Shown: positions 1 to 9,345 of the stretch, one piece after another
Numbering within the stretch: position 1 is the first letter of the stretch
Layout of the letters: every line of letters starts with the position of its first letter
Origin: Candidatus Rifleibacteriota bacterium
Lineage (GTDB): Bacteria > Muiribacteriota > Ozemobacteria > Ozemobacterales > Ozemobacteraceae
Assembly: GCA_015232575.1 (NCBI GenBank)
Contig: JADFZL010000017.1
Location: 15,689-79,688, forward strand
DNA length: 64,000 nucleotides
Direction: 5' to 3'
Translations under genes and position numbers: made by a program
The notes under the pieces: model-generated
Seen by the model: the letters and a program-made list of their open reading frames with translations, nothing else
Databases searched by the model: none
Told to the model about the DNA's origin: nothing

Positions 1-1410
1 TCTGGTGTCTATGGTTTCTGCGACCTCCGTTATTAAAACAGTTGGAACTGTTTTAAATACATGGCATTTCCTGATATTGCTGACAAAACGAATGATATTA
101 CTTCGCGAAAAAACATCTTCGACAAATATCAGATCAGGTGATCGAAGTACAACTGGCACTGATTTCAGGTTTTCAGGCAATACTCTTTCAGATAGATAGC
201 CGGCAAAAAAAAGTCTGGTCTCCAGATCTTCCCAGACCTGTTCATCTTTAACAAAGGCCAGCGCCAGCCGCCTGGCACTGGCTGGTCCTTCAACTACTCC
301 AAGTTCTTTGAACCAGGACTTTACTTTAAGAATATTTCTCATAAATTCGTTTATTGATTGCGCGCCTTTTGATGCGGACTTGAGAAAGTTTTTTTCAAAA
401 TCGGTAATAATATTTAAACCCTCTCTCAGTTTTTCCAGAGGAATCTCAAGCTTTTTTGATTCAAGAGCTTTATCCCATACCGGCTTGAAATTCTGCCTGC
501 ATTCAAGTGCTTTATACAATTCTGCCATATTCCTGATTCTGGAAAAATGTTCTCTCTGTTCATCAGAAGAATTCATTGCAGAGAAATCTTTTCCTGATGA
601 AACTGAAAAATCAATATCAGACGGCAAAACCTTTTTAAGATCACTGAGAATTTCAATTGGTTCGTTCAACGAGGAAATTATATCATTCGGATCAAAGCTT
701 TCAGAAACTGCTGTTGTGGCAACAGATAGCATCTTTTCAATCTGCTTTTTTCCACGTTTTGCAACCTTTATCAGGTCAGTACTAATTGGGGTAATGCGCC
801 GCGCAAGAAGCACGTCAAAAGCTTGTTCAAACTGTTGTACAAACTCAACAACTTCTGCATGTCCCAGTCTTTCGGAAACAATCTGAATCTCTTTCATCTT
901 GCCCAGAAGTTCAAATGCAGCGATTTCACTGTTGGGATTTCTTCTGAGAATTTCCAGTGTCAAATCAATTTCTTCAATCAGATCAACAAGTGTTTGTTTT
1001 TCCAGATCTTCATCACGCGAAGTACCCTTTATTCGCTGGCGAAAGTCATCGATTATTTTCTTTCTGGCATCAAGACTCGCTTCACCTGATTCAGATCCTG
1101 CCTCAAGCATTTTTTTAATCTGATCTGCTGCAGCAAGAACAGAATCTATTATTCCACGATCGGCTTTTGCAAGTCCACGCCGGATCTTGTCAAACTCTGT
1201 TTCAAGCTGATGAGTGAACGATGAAATATCATCAAGCCCAACCATCGAACTAGTACCTTTTATGGTATGAAGTGCTCTGAATATTTTATCCACCAGAGAT
1301 TTGTCATCAGGTGTTTTTTCAAGTTGGAGAAGCGAATCATCAAGCTCAGCAAGCAATTCTGCAGCATCTACCCTGAAATTTGCAATTCCATCGCTTTCGT
1401 CATTACTCAT
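1..1410 (-). CDS. HPt-domain phosphotransfer protein with a CheA-P1-like N-terminus. Only the 5' part is visible; the ORF runs off the left window edge.
   Basis: My own minus-strand translation from the ATG at 1410 (GAGGAA upstream) is open for all 470 codons down to position 1. It reads MSNDESDGIANFRVDAAELLAELDDSLLQLEKTPDDKSLVDKIFRALHTIKGTSSMVGLD..., which carries the CheA P1/HPt His motif. The last ~90 visible residues (RLALAFVKDE..PDLIFVEDVF..VPTVLITEVAE) look receiver-like. It is absent from the ORF track because there is no stop in the window. Plus-strand ORFs 308-1576 are mirror artefacts. Confidence 0.75.
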   Translation of the reverse strand, partial: MSNDESDGIANFRVDAAELLAELDDSLLQLEKTPDDKSLVDKIFRALHTIKGTSSMVGLDDISSFTHQLETEFDKIRRGLAKADRGIIDSVLAAADQIKKMLEAGSESGEASLDARKKIIDDFRQRIKGTSRDEDLEKQTLVDLIEEIDLTLEILRRNPNSEIAAFELLGKMKEIQIVSERLGHAEVVEFVQQFEQAFDVLLARRITPISTDLIKVAKRGKKQIEKMLSVATTAVSESFDPNDIISSLNEPIEILSDLKKVLPSDIDFSVSSGKDFSAMNSSDEQREHFSRIRNMAELYKALECRQNFKPVWDKALESKKLEIPLEKLREGLNIITDFEKNFLKSASKGAQSINEFMRNILKVKSWFKELGVVEGPASARRLALAFVKDEQVWEDLETRLFFAGYLSERVLPENLKSVPVVLRSPDLIFVEDVFSRSNIIRFVSNIRKCHVFKTVPTVLITEVAETIDTR

Positions 1411-1422
1411 TCAGTATGTTCC

Positions 1423-3669
1423 TCACTTCACAGTTTCAAAAGAAGAGATTGAAATGGCTTCCGGATTAAGCACAGGCAACACTGACCCATCGCCCAGAAT
1501 ACTTACACCGCTGATAAGTTCTATATCGCTGAGCGACCTGGGTGGTGGTTTTACTGCTATTTCCATTTTGTCATAAATTTTTTCAACAGCAACCGCAATG
1601 GTACCTTCTGATCCCTTCATAAGTAGTGCAGAAAAATAATCAGGATAGTCATCAATTGTCGTGTAATTATTTTGCTGAAAAAGAATATTGTCAAGAAATC
1701 CGAGTGGAATAATTTCATTCCGCTCACAGATGAAATTTCTTGAATTGAAAGACTTGAGATTTTTTCTGGAAATTTTCATTGAGCGATGCAGATAGTCAAT
1801 TGGAAAAGCGAAACTCTGATTGCATGACTCAACCAGCAGAACATTCATAAGTGTCACCGTTAATTCTGTGGCTGTCGGAATTGTCAACGTCATTTCGGTT
1901 CCCTGATTCTGAGTGGTTGTAATAGAAACTTTTCCACCAAGTTCAACAATTTTACTCCTGACAACATCCATGCCAACACCGCGTCCTGACATATCAGAAA
2001 CTTCTGCTTTAGTTGAAAAACCCGGTTCAAAAATTACATCAAGTAAATTCGGATCATCAGGAGAACTAAAACTGAAACCTTTTTCAACTGCTTTTTCAAA
2101 AACTCTCGCCCTGCTTATTCCGCGACCATCATCTATCACCTTCACAATTAAATTCATTCTCTGCTTTGACGCGGAAAGTAAAAGTGTTCCCTTTTCAGAT
2201 TTTCCCAGGTCAATTCTTTCATCAGGTGTTTCAAGACCGTGATCACATGAATTTCTTACCAGGTGTACCAGCGGCTCAGCCAGAGCATCAGCAATTTTTT
2301 TGTCAACTTCAATTTCATCTCCCTGAATTTTCAGTTCTATTAGTTTATTCTGTTTTCGGGCAATCTCACGTACAATACGAAAATATTTTTGAAATACTGT
2401 TTTCAGTGGTACCATTCTTAACGTCATCAGATCAATCTGAAGATCATTTGTCAATTTGGAAAGCCGTTGCAGATTATCTCTGAAGGGCTTTGTCATGGTT
2501 TCATCATTTTTTGGGCTATTCTCAACCTGATGCAAAACATACTCATAAGAATTTCTCAGTACAACAAGTTCGCCAAGTCTGTATGTGAAACGATCGACTT
2601 TTCGTTCGTCGATCCGCATCGTCATTGATTCCTGATCTTTGTTTTTTCCTCCATCAAAATCGCCCAGTTGTTTTTTCAGGGCTCTGGAGATTTCTTCCTC
2701 AGTAACAGTGCCTTCTTCAACCAGAATTTCTCCCAATTTCCTCGGCTCACCAGCCTGAGCCGTCTGCGGATGCAATTCTTCAGATTTAATATCTTTTCCG
2801 CCTTCAAGGGACATTTCGATCAGAAACAATTCTAAACCAGAAGCAAGCGGATAAATATCATAAATTCTTTCAGCAGTAAATGATCCTGCAATAAAGACCT
2901 CAACAGACAGATAATTCATATCAGGCTGGTAGTTCCCTATATCAGGTAACGCAGATAAATCACCACGTGCAAAATAAAAATCGCTCTCCAGCATTAGCTT
3001 TGCAAAAAAAGATTCAGGAAAAAAACCTTTATTGTACAAACCTTCGCGATAAGAAAAACAAAGTTTGAAACAATTCAAACCACGCAATGCATAAGATTGC
3101 AAATCAGAAAGAATCTCTGCTGGAACATCAGAAACGGGAAGAACCTGAGCTTTACTTTGTTCTGATTCCTTTAGAGTTGACTTAAAAAGAATTGAAATAT
3201 CCCCTTCTTCCGCTGAAGCAATGTCAATGTCAGGCTCCTGCAGTACAGAAGCCAGCAACTTAGCAGATAAAAGTCCACCCTGACTTTCCTCGAAAAGTTC
3301 TTCTGCTGCTTTATAAAAATAATTGATTTCCTGCTTGAACTCTTCATTGTCAACAAAAAATTCATCAGACAATCGTAAAATACATTCATACCCTCGAAAA
3401 AAAACATCTGAAACCTTTTCGTAACTTGTTATCTGCTGTTTGCGATATTTTTCAGTAATAAGTTCAAGATTACGACAAACCTTTGATAATTCGGAAAAGC
3501 CAAAAATGGCTGCTCCGCCGGAAATGGTATGTACTATTCGATAAATACCAGCGCAGGACGACCTGTCTTCAAGGTTCCGTGAAAAAGCCACAATGAATCC
3601 CTCTAGTTCAGGCAGAAGATCACGCGCTTCAGTTGAAAAAAGTTTTCTGTAAGAGGCGATATCAGTCAT
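1423..3669 (-). CDS. cheA: Chemotaxis-type histidine kinase CheA (HPt, dimerisation, HATPase, CheW-like domains)
   Basis: 748-aa ORF. HPt motif IVHTISGGAAIFGF. Kinase N-box HLVRNSCDHGLE, G1 DDGRGI, G2 GRGVGMDVV. C-terminal CheW-like domain. ATGA start/stop overlap with the upstream STAS gene at 3666-3669. Confidence 0.9.
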   Translation of the reverse strand: MTDIASYRKLFSTEARDLLPELEGFIVAFSRNLEDRSSCAGIYRIVHTISGGAAIFGFSELSKVCRNLELITEKYRKQQITSYEKVSDVFFRGYECILRLSDEFFVDNEEFKQEINYFYKAAEELFEESQGGLLSAKLLASVLQEPDIDIASAEEGDISILFKSTLKESEQSKAQVLPVSDVPAEILSDLQSYALRGLNCFKLCFSYREGLYNKGFFPESFFAKLMLESDFYFARGDLSALPDIGNYQPDMNYLSVEVFIAGSFTAERIYDIYPLASGLELFLIEMSLEGGKDIKSEELHPQTAQAGEPRKLGEILVEEGTVTEEEISRALKKQLGDFDGGKNKDQESMTMRIDERKVDRFTYRLGELVVLRNSYEYVLHQVENSPKNDETMTKPFRDNLQRLSKLTNDLQIDLMTLRMVPLKTVFQKYFRIVREIARKQNKLIELKIQGDEIEVDKKIADALAEPLVHLVRNSCDHGLETPDERIDLGKSEKGTLLLSASKQRMNLIVKVIDDGRGISRARVFEKAVEKGFSFSSPDDPNLLDVIFEPGFSTKAEVSDMSGRGVGMDVVRSKIVELGGKVSITTTQNQGTEMTLTIPTATELTVTLMNVLLVESCNQSFAFPIDYLHRSMKISRKNLKSFNSRNFICERNEIIPLGFLDNILFQQNNYTTIDDYPDYFSALLMKGSEGTIAVAVEKIYDKMEIAVKPPPRSLSDIELISGVSILGDGSVLPVLNPEAISISSFETVK

Positions 3670-3992
3670 TTATCGTTCTCCAGCGACTCAAGAGTGAGCC
3701 CGAAAAGACATGCCATCTTCCAGAGGTTCTGGGAAGGGCTTTCAACTCGAACACAAAGCCCTCTTTTTTTTATTTCCCGCGAAATAACCAGCATAAACTG
3801 CATAAATGCGGAATCAGTCTCTGACATCATAGAACAGTCTAGAACAAGTTCTTCCCGTTTAACGATTTCCGGTACAACATTATTGAAAATTTTCAAACAA
3901 TTTTCTATTTCAAAAGCTTTCGAAACCCTTGAAAAAACCAGTCTTACTCTTTTATCGCTTTTTATCACTTCCATTTTTACTTCGACCGGCAA
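3666..3992 (-). CDS. STAS-domain protein (anti-sigma-antagonist / SpoIIAA-like)
   Basis: 108 aa, the size of single-domain STAS proteins. LVLDCSMMSETDSAFMQFM resembles the SpoIIAA LDLSGVxFIDSSGL segment, with the Ser retained. It overlaps cheW by 16 nt and cheA by 4 nt. The call rests on motif resemblance only. Confidence 0.55.
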   Translation of the reverse strand: MPVEVKMEVIKSDKRVRLVFSRVSKAFEIENCLKIFNNVVPEIVKREELVLDCSMMSETDSAFMQFMLVISREIKKRGLCVRVESPSQNLWKMACLFGLTLESLENDK

Positions 3993-4423
3993 TTGACTAT
4001 CAATTCTTCCAATCTGGAAAGAGAAATTTTCATCACAAGCCTGGCTCCATCATCCAGGGATGCAATTCCGTCAATAAAACGATTTCGTTCAGTTTCCATG
4101 GATAATGGTACCGCACTAACCCACTCATCTGAAATATTTTCTATTCGGTTTACCCTATCTACAAGCAGTCCAAAATTTTTTTCGCCCATTTCAACAATGA
4201 CAAGTTTTTTTTCAATCGCAGATGACTCCAGGTTAAAAAGCTTTGCCAGATCAATTATTGAAAGCACCTGCCCACGCCAGGACTCTACACCTGCAAAAAA
4301 ATACGGCAAATTTGGAGGAATTCTGAATTCGCCGGGCCTGGTAATCTGCTTTACAGATGTAACATTAATAATATACTCTTCGTTGCAGACGAAAAACGAT
4401 ACATACTTCGACTCATCACTCAT
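3977..4423 (-). CDS. cheW: Chemotaxis coupling protein CheW
   Basis: 148 aa. The typical CheW pattern is present: YVSFFVCNEEYIINVTSVKQI..P..P.FFAGVESWRGQVLSIIDLAKLF..LLVDRVNRI. Confidence 0.85.
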   Translation of the reverse strand: MSDESKYVSFFVCNEEYIINVTSVKQITRPGEFRIPPNLPYFFAGVESWRGQVLSIIDLAKLFNLESSAIEKKLVIVEMGEKNFGLLVDRVNRIENISDEWVSAVPLSMETERNRFIDGIASLDDGARLVMKISLSRLEELIVNCRSK

Positions 4424-4442
4424 TTTTTGCCTCTTTTAACTT

Positions 4443-5567
4443 TTAATCGACAGAGTTTCTGGTGAAGGGTCTGGCGATTGGAAGAAATACTGAAATAGCC
4501 TCTGAGCTATCAGATTCATGCGTCACAAGAAGTTGTCCACCATATTTTTCGGCAATAAGCATTACCGTTGCAAGTGAATATTTATCGTATCTCTCAGGAT
4601 ATTCTGAAACAACTTGCTGTTTGGAATTGTTGCCCGATATTTTATCAGAAGGCAAAGCAGTATTAGAAATCTTCGCCTCTGGCTCGACAAGATAACTCAC
4701 CCTTAGAATGTATATTTCACCGTCAAATCTTCCAGAAATTTTGATTGGAAATGTCTGGCCAGAATATTTTAAAGCATTCTCTGTCAGCGCACAGAATATT
4801 TTAAGAAGTTCAGGCTGTGGCAGACCCAGCACGCCGGATTGAAGATCGAATTCTATTTTTCCGTATTTCTGATTTTTTTCAAAATGAGAATCAAGTTTCT
4901 GACGTACAAGTTCAACTGATGAAGACGGAGCATGACTTGTGATCTCTGAAATATGGAGTTTTCTGCTCACCATGAAATTTTCAATCAACTTCAAAAGAGT
5001 GTTTCCTGCAGAAAAGATTGTCTCAGCATGTTCTTTCACACGCTGATATGACATGGGCTGATTTTTCAATAAAATGGCAGCAGTGTTTATTTTCTGAAGC
5101 GGAAAACCAAATTCCTGCGGCATATTTTCTGTGACAACATACTTAACAAAATCATCGACCCATTGTTTTATGCCGTCAGTTTTTGCAATTCGTGTGCGTA
5201 TCGCTTCAAGCAGCTCAGTAGCAGAAACAGGCTTGGGAATATAATCATCTGCGCCAAGAGTCATACCCTTCCTGATATCGTCAGGCTCACGGCATGCACT
5301 CAAGAAAAGAAATGGTACAACCATTGTTTTTGGGTGCTTTTTTAATTCATTAAAAACACCATATCCATCAATTTCCGGCATTATTATATCTGAAATAATT
5401 ACATCAGGTTGAAACTCAAGCGCTTTCTCAATTCCCTCACGGCCATTTACAGCACTGATAACTTCATAGCCAGCCGCATCAATTATATCGACCAGAGATT
5501 CCATGATTTCCGACGAATCTTCAATAACCAATACGGTCTTTTTCAATTTACTATTCTCCCTCACCAC
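4443..5567 (-). CDS. Response-regulator receiver fused to a degenerate histidine-kinase-like domain
   Basis: 374 aa. The REC domain looks intact (VLVIEDSS..PDVIISDIIMPEIDG..LSAC..YIPKP). The C-terminal half has an HK-like N-box (LTENALKYS), but the H-box position reads PQEFGFPL (Gln where His is expected) and the G1/G2 boxes are eroded. Start uncertain: GTG at 5567, or TTG at 5546, which has AGGGAG 9 nt upstream. Confidence 0.75.
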   Translation of the reverse strand: MVRENSKLKKTVLVIEDSSEIMESLVDIIDAAGYEVISAVNGREGIEKALEFQPDVIISDIIMPEIDGYGVFNELKKHPKTMVVPFLFLSACREPDDIRKGMTLGADDYIPKPVSATELLEAIRTRIAKTDGIKQWVDDFVKYVVTENMPQEFGFPLQKINTAAILLKNQPMSYQRVKEHAETIFSAGNTLLKLIENFMVSRKLHISEITSHAPSSSVELVRQKLDSHFEKNQKYGKIEFDLQSGVLGLPQPELLKIFCALTENALKYSGQTFPIKISGRFDGEIYILRVSYLVEPEAKISNTALPSDKISGNNSKQQVVSEYPERYDKYSLATVMLIAEKYGGQLLVTHESDSSEAISVFLPIARPFTRNSVD

Positions 5568-5568
5568 A

Positions 5569-5600
5569 TCCCTCTCCCACGGCGCTGCCGGGGAGAGGGA
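5569..5600 (-). promoter_or_regulatory. GC-rich intercistronic stem-loop between the PAS kinase and the REC gene
   Basis: TCCCTCTCCC (5569-5578) and GGGAGAGGGA (5591-5600) are perfect reverse complements (10-bp stem, 12-nt loop). No U-run follows on the sense (minus) strand, so it is not a canonical intrinsic terminator. Confidence 0.4.
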
Positions 5601-5633
5601 GCAGAAAATAAAATGATGTCATAAAAACAATTA

Positions 5634-6956
5634 TTACCTGGAATTAATGATTGGAAGAACGACTCTGAAAGTCGAACCTTCGCCTTCTTCGCTTTCAACG
5701 CTTATTTTTCCTCCCATTCTTTCAACCATGTGTTTAACGATGGTCAGACCAAGCCCGGTTCCACGAAGGTTGCCAACGTTAGAACCACGATAAAAGACCT
5801 CAAAAAGTTTGCATGCTTCAGACTTCGGAACACCTATTCCATAATCAGTTACTTCAAAAACAATTGAGTTGCCTTCTAATCCAACTTTGAAATCAACTTT
5901 ATCAGATTCAGGTGAATATTTAACTGCATTGTTGATAAGATTTACAAGTACCTGTCTCAGCAAATCCTGGTCAAGCAGATATTCACGAGCAAGAGAATTA
6001 TCGACGATGCAGCATACATTATGTTTCTGATAATATGCCTTCTGATTTTCAACAAATTGTACAAGCCAGTCGTTAATTATAACAGGCTTTGGATTAAAGC
6101 TCAGCATGCCAGCTTCAACACGGCTGTGAGTAAGAACATTATCTATCATCGAAGTCATCTGATTAATTGACTGCCTGATAAGATACATCTTTCTATCACG
6201 CTTTTCAGTAGAAACGTCACCCTTATTGGCAGTCAGAAAATCAAGTGCAAAAAGCATTGCTGCGAGAGGTGTCTTGAATTCGTGTGAAATCATGTAAACG
6301 AAACATTTTTTCATCTCATTCAATTCGCGTTCCCTTGCAAGCGCGTTTAAAGTCCATTCCAGAGCACGCTTCTGTTCTGAAATGTCAGTAACAACAAGGC
6401 AATATACCGGCTCTGGAATGCCCTCTTCAAGATACGAAATTGAAATCTGTACAGGGGTTTTTGTACCATCAGATCCGGTAATTGTCACTTCTACATGTTC
6501 AGGTCGAACTGACGCTTTCCGCAGGAGAAGCTCGATTTTATCACGATCAGAATCATGTATAAATTCCGTGATTCCTTTTCCAGGAATCTTCTCAAGCGGC
6601 ACGTGAAGAATTTCTGAAAACCTTCGATTACAAAATAATATCAAGCCTGCCGGAGAAAGTGTAACTGCTCCATCTCCCATCGTTTCAATCAATAAACGAT
6701 AAACCTTGTCCGTCCCTTCAAGAGAAAAGACCCGACTTTCAGCTAAGTCAGTCTCTACTACTGCATCAACTTCACCTGATCTGATAGCACGAAGCGCATC
6801 TTCGGCATTTTCCAAACGTGCTTTCAGGGCTTCAAATTCATGTTCAATAGTGTTTTCAGAAAGTCGTGACAATTCAACTTTTTTTCGGGAAAAAAATGCC
6901 GACCTGGCTGCCACACTTCCAAAATTCTTTCTTGATGCTGATCCGATCTTCCTCAT
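5634..6956 (-). CDS. PAS-domain sensor histidine kinase (KaiBC-associated)
   Basis: 440 aa. H-box SHEFKTPLAAM, N-box LINNAVKYS, G1 DYGIGV, G2 GTGLGLTIVKHMV. There is a PAS-like region after an N-terminal coiled coil. ATGA overlap with the kaiB stop at 6953-6956. Confidence 0.85.
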   Translation of the reverse strand: MRKIGSASRKNFGSVAARSAFFSRKKVELSRLSENTIEHEFEALKARLENAEDALRAIRSGEVDAVVETDLAESRVFSLEGTDKVYRLLIETMGDGAVTLSPAGLILFCNRRFSEILHVPLEKIPGKGITEFIHDSDRDKIELLLRKASVRPEHVEVTITGSDGTKTPVQISISYLEEGIPEPVYCLVVTDISEQKRALEWTLNALARERELNEMKKCFVYMISHEFKTPLAAMLFALDFLTANKGDVSTEKRDRKMYLIRQSINQMTSMIDNVLTHSRVEAGMLSFNPKPVIINDWLVQFVENQKAYYQKHNVCCIVDNSLAREYLLDQDLLRQVLVNLINNAVKYSPESDKVDFKVGLEGNSIVFEVTDYGIGVPKSEACKLFEVFYRGSNVGNLRGTGLGLTIVKHMVERMGGKISVESEEGEGSTFRVVLPIINSR

Positions 6957-7237
6957 TGTTCCTCCTGTAGCTCAAGAGCGGCTAGGACCCTTTGCAGATT
7001 CGAAAAATCGCCTATTATCCTTCTGACTGGCACCGGCAACACTCTTATAAGAGTTGGTGTTGCGAGTATGTTAGCTTCCCTTGCAAGTTTTGGCTGTTGA
7101 TAAATATCAATAACTTCAAGATCATACCTGTCTTTCAGATATTTTTCGCAAATCCGCCGCAGGTTCACCAGTGCCCTGTTGGACAAAGGGCTTGCACCTG
7201 CAATAAAAAGGCGCAGTGCATATTCTTTTTGCATCAA
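6953..7237 (-). CDS. kaiB: Circadian clock protein KaiB homologue
   Basis: 94 aa, thioredoxin-like KaiB pattern: YALRLFIAGASPLSNRALVNLRRICE..YDLEVIDIYQQPKLAREANILATPTLIRVLPVPVRRIIGDFS. Confidence 0.85.
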   Translation of the reverse strand: MMQKEYALRLFIAGASPLSNRALVNLRRICEKYLKDRYDLEVIDIYQQPKLAREANILATPTLIRVLPVPVRRIIGDFSNLQRVLAALELQEEQ

Positions 7238-7325
7238 AGCTCTCCATTTCTTTTAAATCACCGCGAAGAGCCAAATTTTCTGAGACAGAGCAATAAAACT
7301 CTACCTCTTGAATACTCGGCAAGAA

Positions 7326-9035
7326 TTATTTCTGACTGACACCCCTCCTGGCTGCAAGTTTGGCATGCTCTTCCTCAAAAAAGCTTTGCATTTCTCTTTC
7401 AAAGGTTACTTCTCTGAGGGCAATCTGCTTTTCAGCTTCCATTTCGGCTCTCATCGAAGCAATTCTCGCCTCAACAACCTCTCTTTTACGGTCAAATTCC
7501 TGCTGCTTAAGCTCAAGTTGCCTTTTACGAGATGCTTTTTCTGCATTATCACGAGATTCCTGAACAAGACGCGAGCTGCCCGTAAGCAAATTGCCATTTT
7601 GTCCAAGATACACATCCACCAGTGAAAGCCCTCTGGAAGTAATGAGAAGCTCGCGAATCTGGTTGGAATGGCCCATTCCTCTGGATTTAAGGATATGAAT
7701 CACTCTGTTTCTTTCGTTTCCGCTTTCAACATCCCGAAAAAGAATCCAACTGTCAACAAGCGATGAAACACCAACATCAAGTGCCTCCAGGTTTCTTCCG
7801 CCCGTGGTAAGGCTTGTAAAAAAAGCAGTTATTCCACGAGTTTTAAGAAAATCAATTACTCTGGTAAGTAAAAGCTTGACATCGTCAAAATTTCCAACCG
7901 AAGAAAAATTTGTAATCGGATCAAGAATCACAGTTTTGGGTTCAAATTGTTTTACACGCCGCATAATCGTGGCCAAATGAGACTCTATACCCTGTTTGGT
8001 AGATCGCTCCATGCAAAAATCAATGTAACCGCTCTTCCTACATGATTCCAGGTCCAGGCCTATGGATCTCATGTTTCTGATTATCTGTTCCGGGGATTCC
8101 TCGAAACCGAACCAAAGCGACTTTTCTTTTCTGGCTGCCGATGCCACAACAAAACTTGCCACCAGAGATGTTTTACCAGTACCGGCTGTTCCGGAAACAA
8201 GAACTGTTGTACCTCTGAAAAAACCCTTTCCTTCAAGCATTTCGTCAAGCCCGGCAACTCCCGATGGCACCCTCTCTTCTGAAACTGAATGCTTCAGCCC
8301 CATTGAGGAGACAGGTATTATTGAGATACCCGTATTATCGATAAGGAAAGGAAACTCACCTGTTGCATGAAACGAACCACGATACTTCATGATTCTTATG
8401 CGCCTGGTTGCCATCTGATCGTTAATTCGATTATCCAGAAGAATTACGCAATCAGCGACATATTCTTCTATGCCATGACGAGTCAAGGTGACTTCTCCGC
8501 GTTCGGCAGTTACAACCGCTGTGACCTGCTTCTCTTTAAGACGTCTGAAAATCCGCCCCAGTTCTGATCTCACAATTCCAGGGTTGGGAAGCCCGGCAAA
8601 AAGCATCTCAATTGTGTCAAGAACAACACGTTTAGCTTTAACACTATCAATTATATATTCAATACGCGCAAGAAAACCCTCCAGATCAAACTCTCCGGTT
8701 TCAAGATAGTCAGCTCTCTCAATGGGAATGTGTTCAATAGTAATTTTTTCTTGATCAAGTAACTTTTTGAGATCATAGCCAAGCGATGCAAAATTTGATT
8801 TCAAATCTTCCGAAGACTCTTCAAAGGAAAAAAAGACTCCGGGTTCATTCCACTTTTCTGCCCCATTAAGCAAAAACTGCATACCCAAAAGTGTTTTTCC
8901 ACATCCGGCAGAACCACATATCAAAGCCGGCCTGCCCCTGGGAAGACCTCCGCAGGTTATTTCATCAAATCCATCAATTCCAGTTGGAACCTTTTGAACT
9001 GGTTCAAGAGAGCAAACGTTTTCCATATTTTCCAT
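7326..9035 (-). CDS. kaiC: KaiC homologue (double RecA-like ATPase) with a C-terminal coiled-coil extension
   Basis: 569 aa. Two KaiC/RecA-like halves with Walker A motifs GSAGCGKT and GTAGTGKT. GIDGFDEITCGGLPRG opening. SS pair in GVSSLVDSW at the position of the cyanobacterial S431/T432 phosphosites. The last ~85 aa are charged and heptad-like (KRQLELKQQEFDRKREVVEARIASMRAEMEAEKQIALRE). Confidence 0.9.
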   Translation of the reverse strand: MENMENVCSLEPVQKVPTGIDGFDEITCGGLPRGRPALICGSAGCGKTLLGMQFLLNGAEKWNEPGVFFSFEESSEDLKSNFASLGYDLKKLLDQEKITIEHIPIERADYLETGEFDLEGFLARIEYIIDSVKAKRVVLDTIEMLFAGLPNPGIVRSELGRIFRRLKEKQVTAVVTAERGEVTLTRHGIEEYVADCVILLDNRINDQMATRRIRIMKYRGSFHATGEFPFLIDNTGISIIPVSSMGLKHSVSEERVPSGVAGLDEMLEGKGFFRGTTVLVSGTAGTGKTSLVASFVVASAARKEKSLWFGFEESPEQIIRNMRSIGLDLESCRKSGYIDFCMERSTKQGIESHLATIMRRVKQFEPKTVILDPITNFSSVGNFDDVKLLLTRVIDFLKTRGITAFFTSLTTGGRNLEALDVGVSSLVDSWILFRDVESGNERNRVIHILKSRGMGHSNQIRELLITSRGLSLVDVYLGQNGNLLTGSSRLVQESRDNAEKASRKRQLELKQQEFDRKREVVEARIASMRAEMEAEKQIALREVTFEREMQSFFEEEHAKLAARRGVSQK

Positions 9036-9239
9036 CGAATTCTCCAGACATCGCCACTTAATTACAGGGATTACTCCCCCTTAACAAATTTGCCAGAAGT
9101 TTACACATTGTACCAATTCAATAATCCGTGTACAAAAACCTGCCTTTACCTTTTTCTCTCCAGTGTTAAATATGGAAAGAAAGTAAATTCTACAAATTAT
9201 TGAGTAGATACTTCACAAAATCTTACTAAAAAACACTAC

Positions 9240-9269
9240 TTGACAAAAAATTATATCAGGAAATATATA
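9240..9269 (+). promoter_or_regulatory. Candidate sigma70-type promoter for the plus-strand HPt/HEAT/cheR operon
   Basis: TTGACA at 9240-9245, then a 17-18 nt spacer, then ATATAT/TATATA at 9263-9269, about 80 nt upstream of the ATG at 9346. Pattern match only, in an AT-rich region. Confidence 0.3.
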
Positions 9270-9345
9270 AATATTCTATAAAAATTGATTATTTTTCTTC
9301 TTGTTTTTGGTAGAATGATATCCAGCATAAATCTTTTGCGGAGGG

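Noticed and set aside
308-1576. Plus-strand ORFs (192, 88, 74, 61 and 91 aa) covering the left end of the window
   Set aside because: Their translations are low-complexity (S/F/I/L-rich) mirror images of a minus-strand reading frame. That frame is open for 470 codons and encodes a clear HPt motif (FRALHTIKGTS).
3993-4439. 148-aa plus-strand ORF exactly opposite cheW
   Set aside because: It has the same length and boundaries as the minus-strand CheW ORF, which has an unmistakable CheW sequence. The plus frame is S/I/F-rich with no motif.
6953-9345. Search for a kaiA gene next to kaiBC
   Set aside because: No ORF adjacent to kaiC or kaiB, or elsewhere in the window, resembles KaiA. The 88-nt kaiC-kaiB gap and the 310-nt upstream region are too small. 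I interpret this as a KaiA-less KaiBC system, not an annotation gap.
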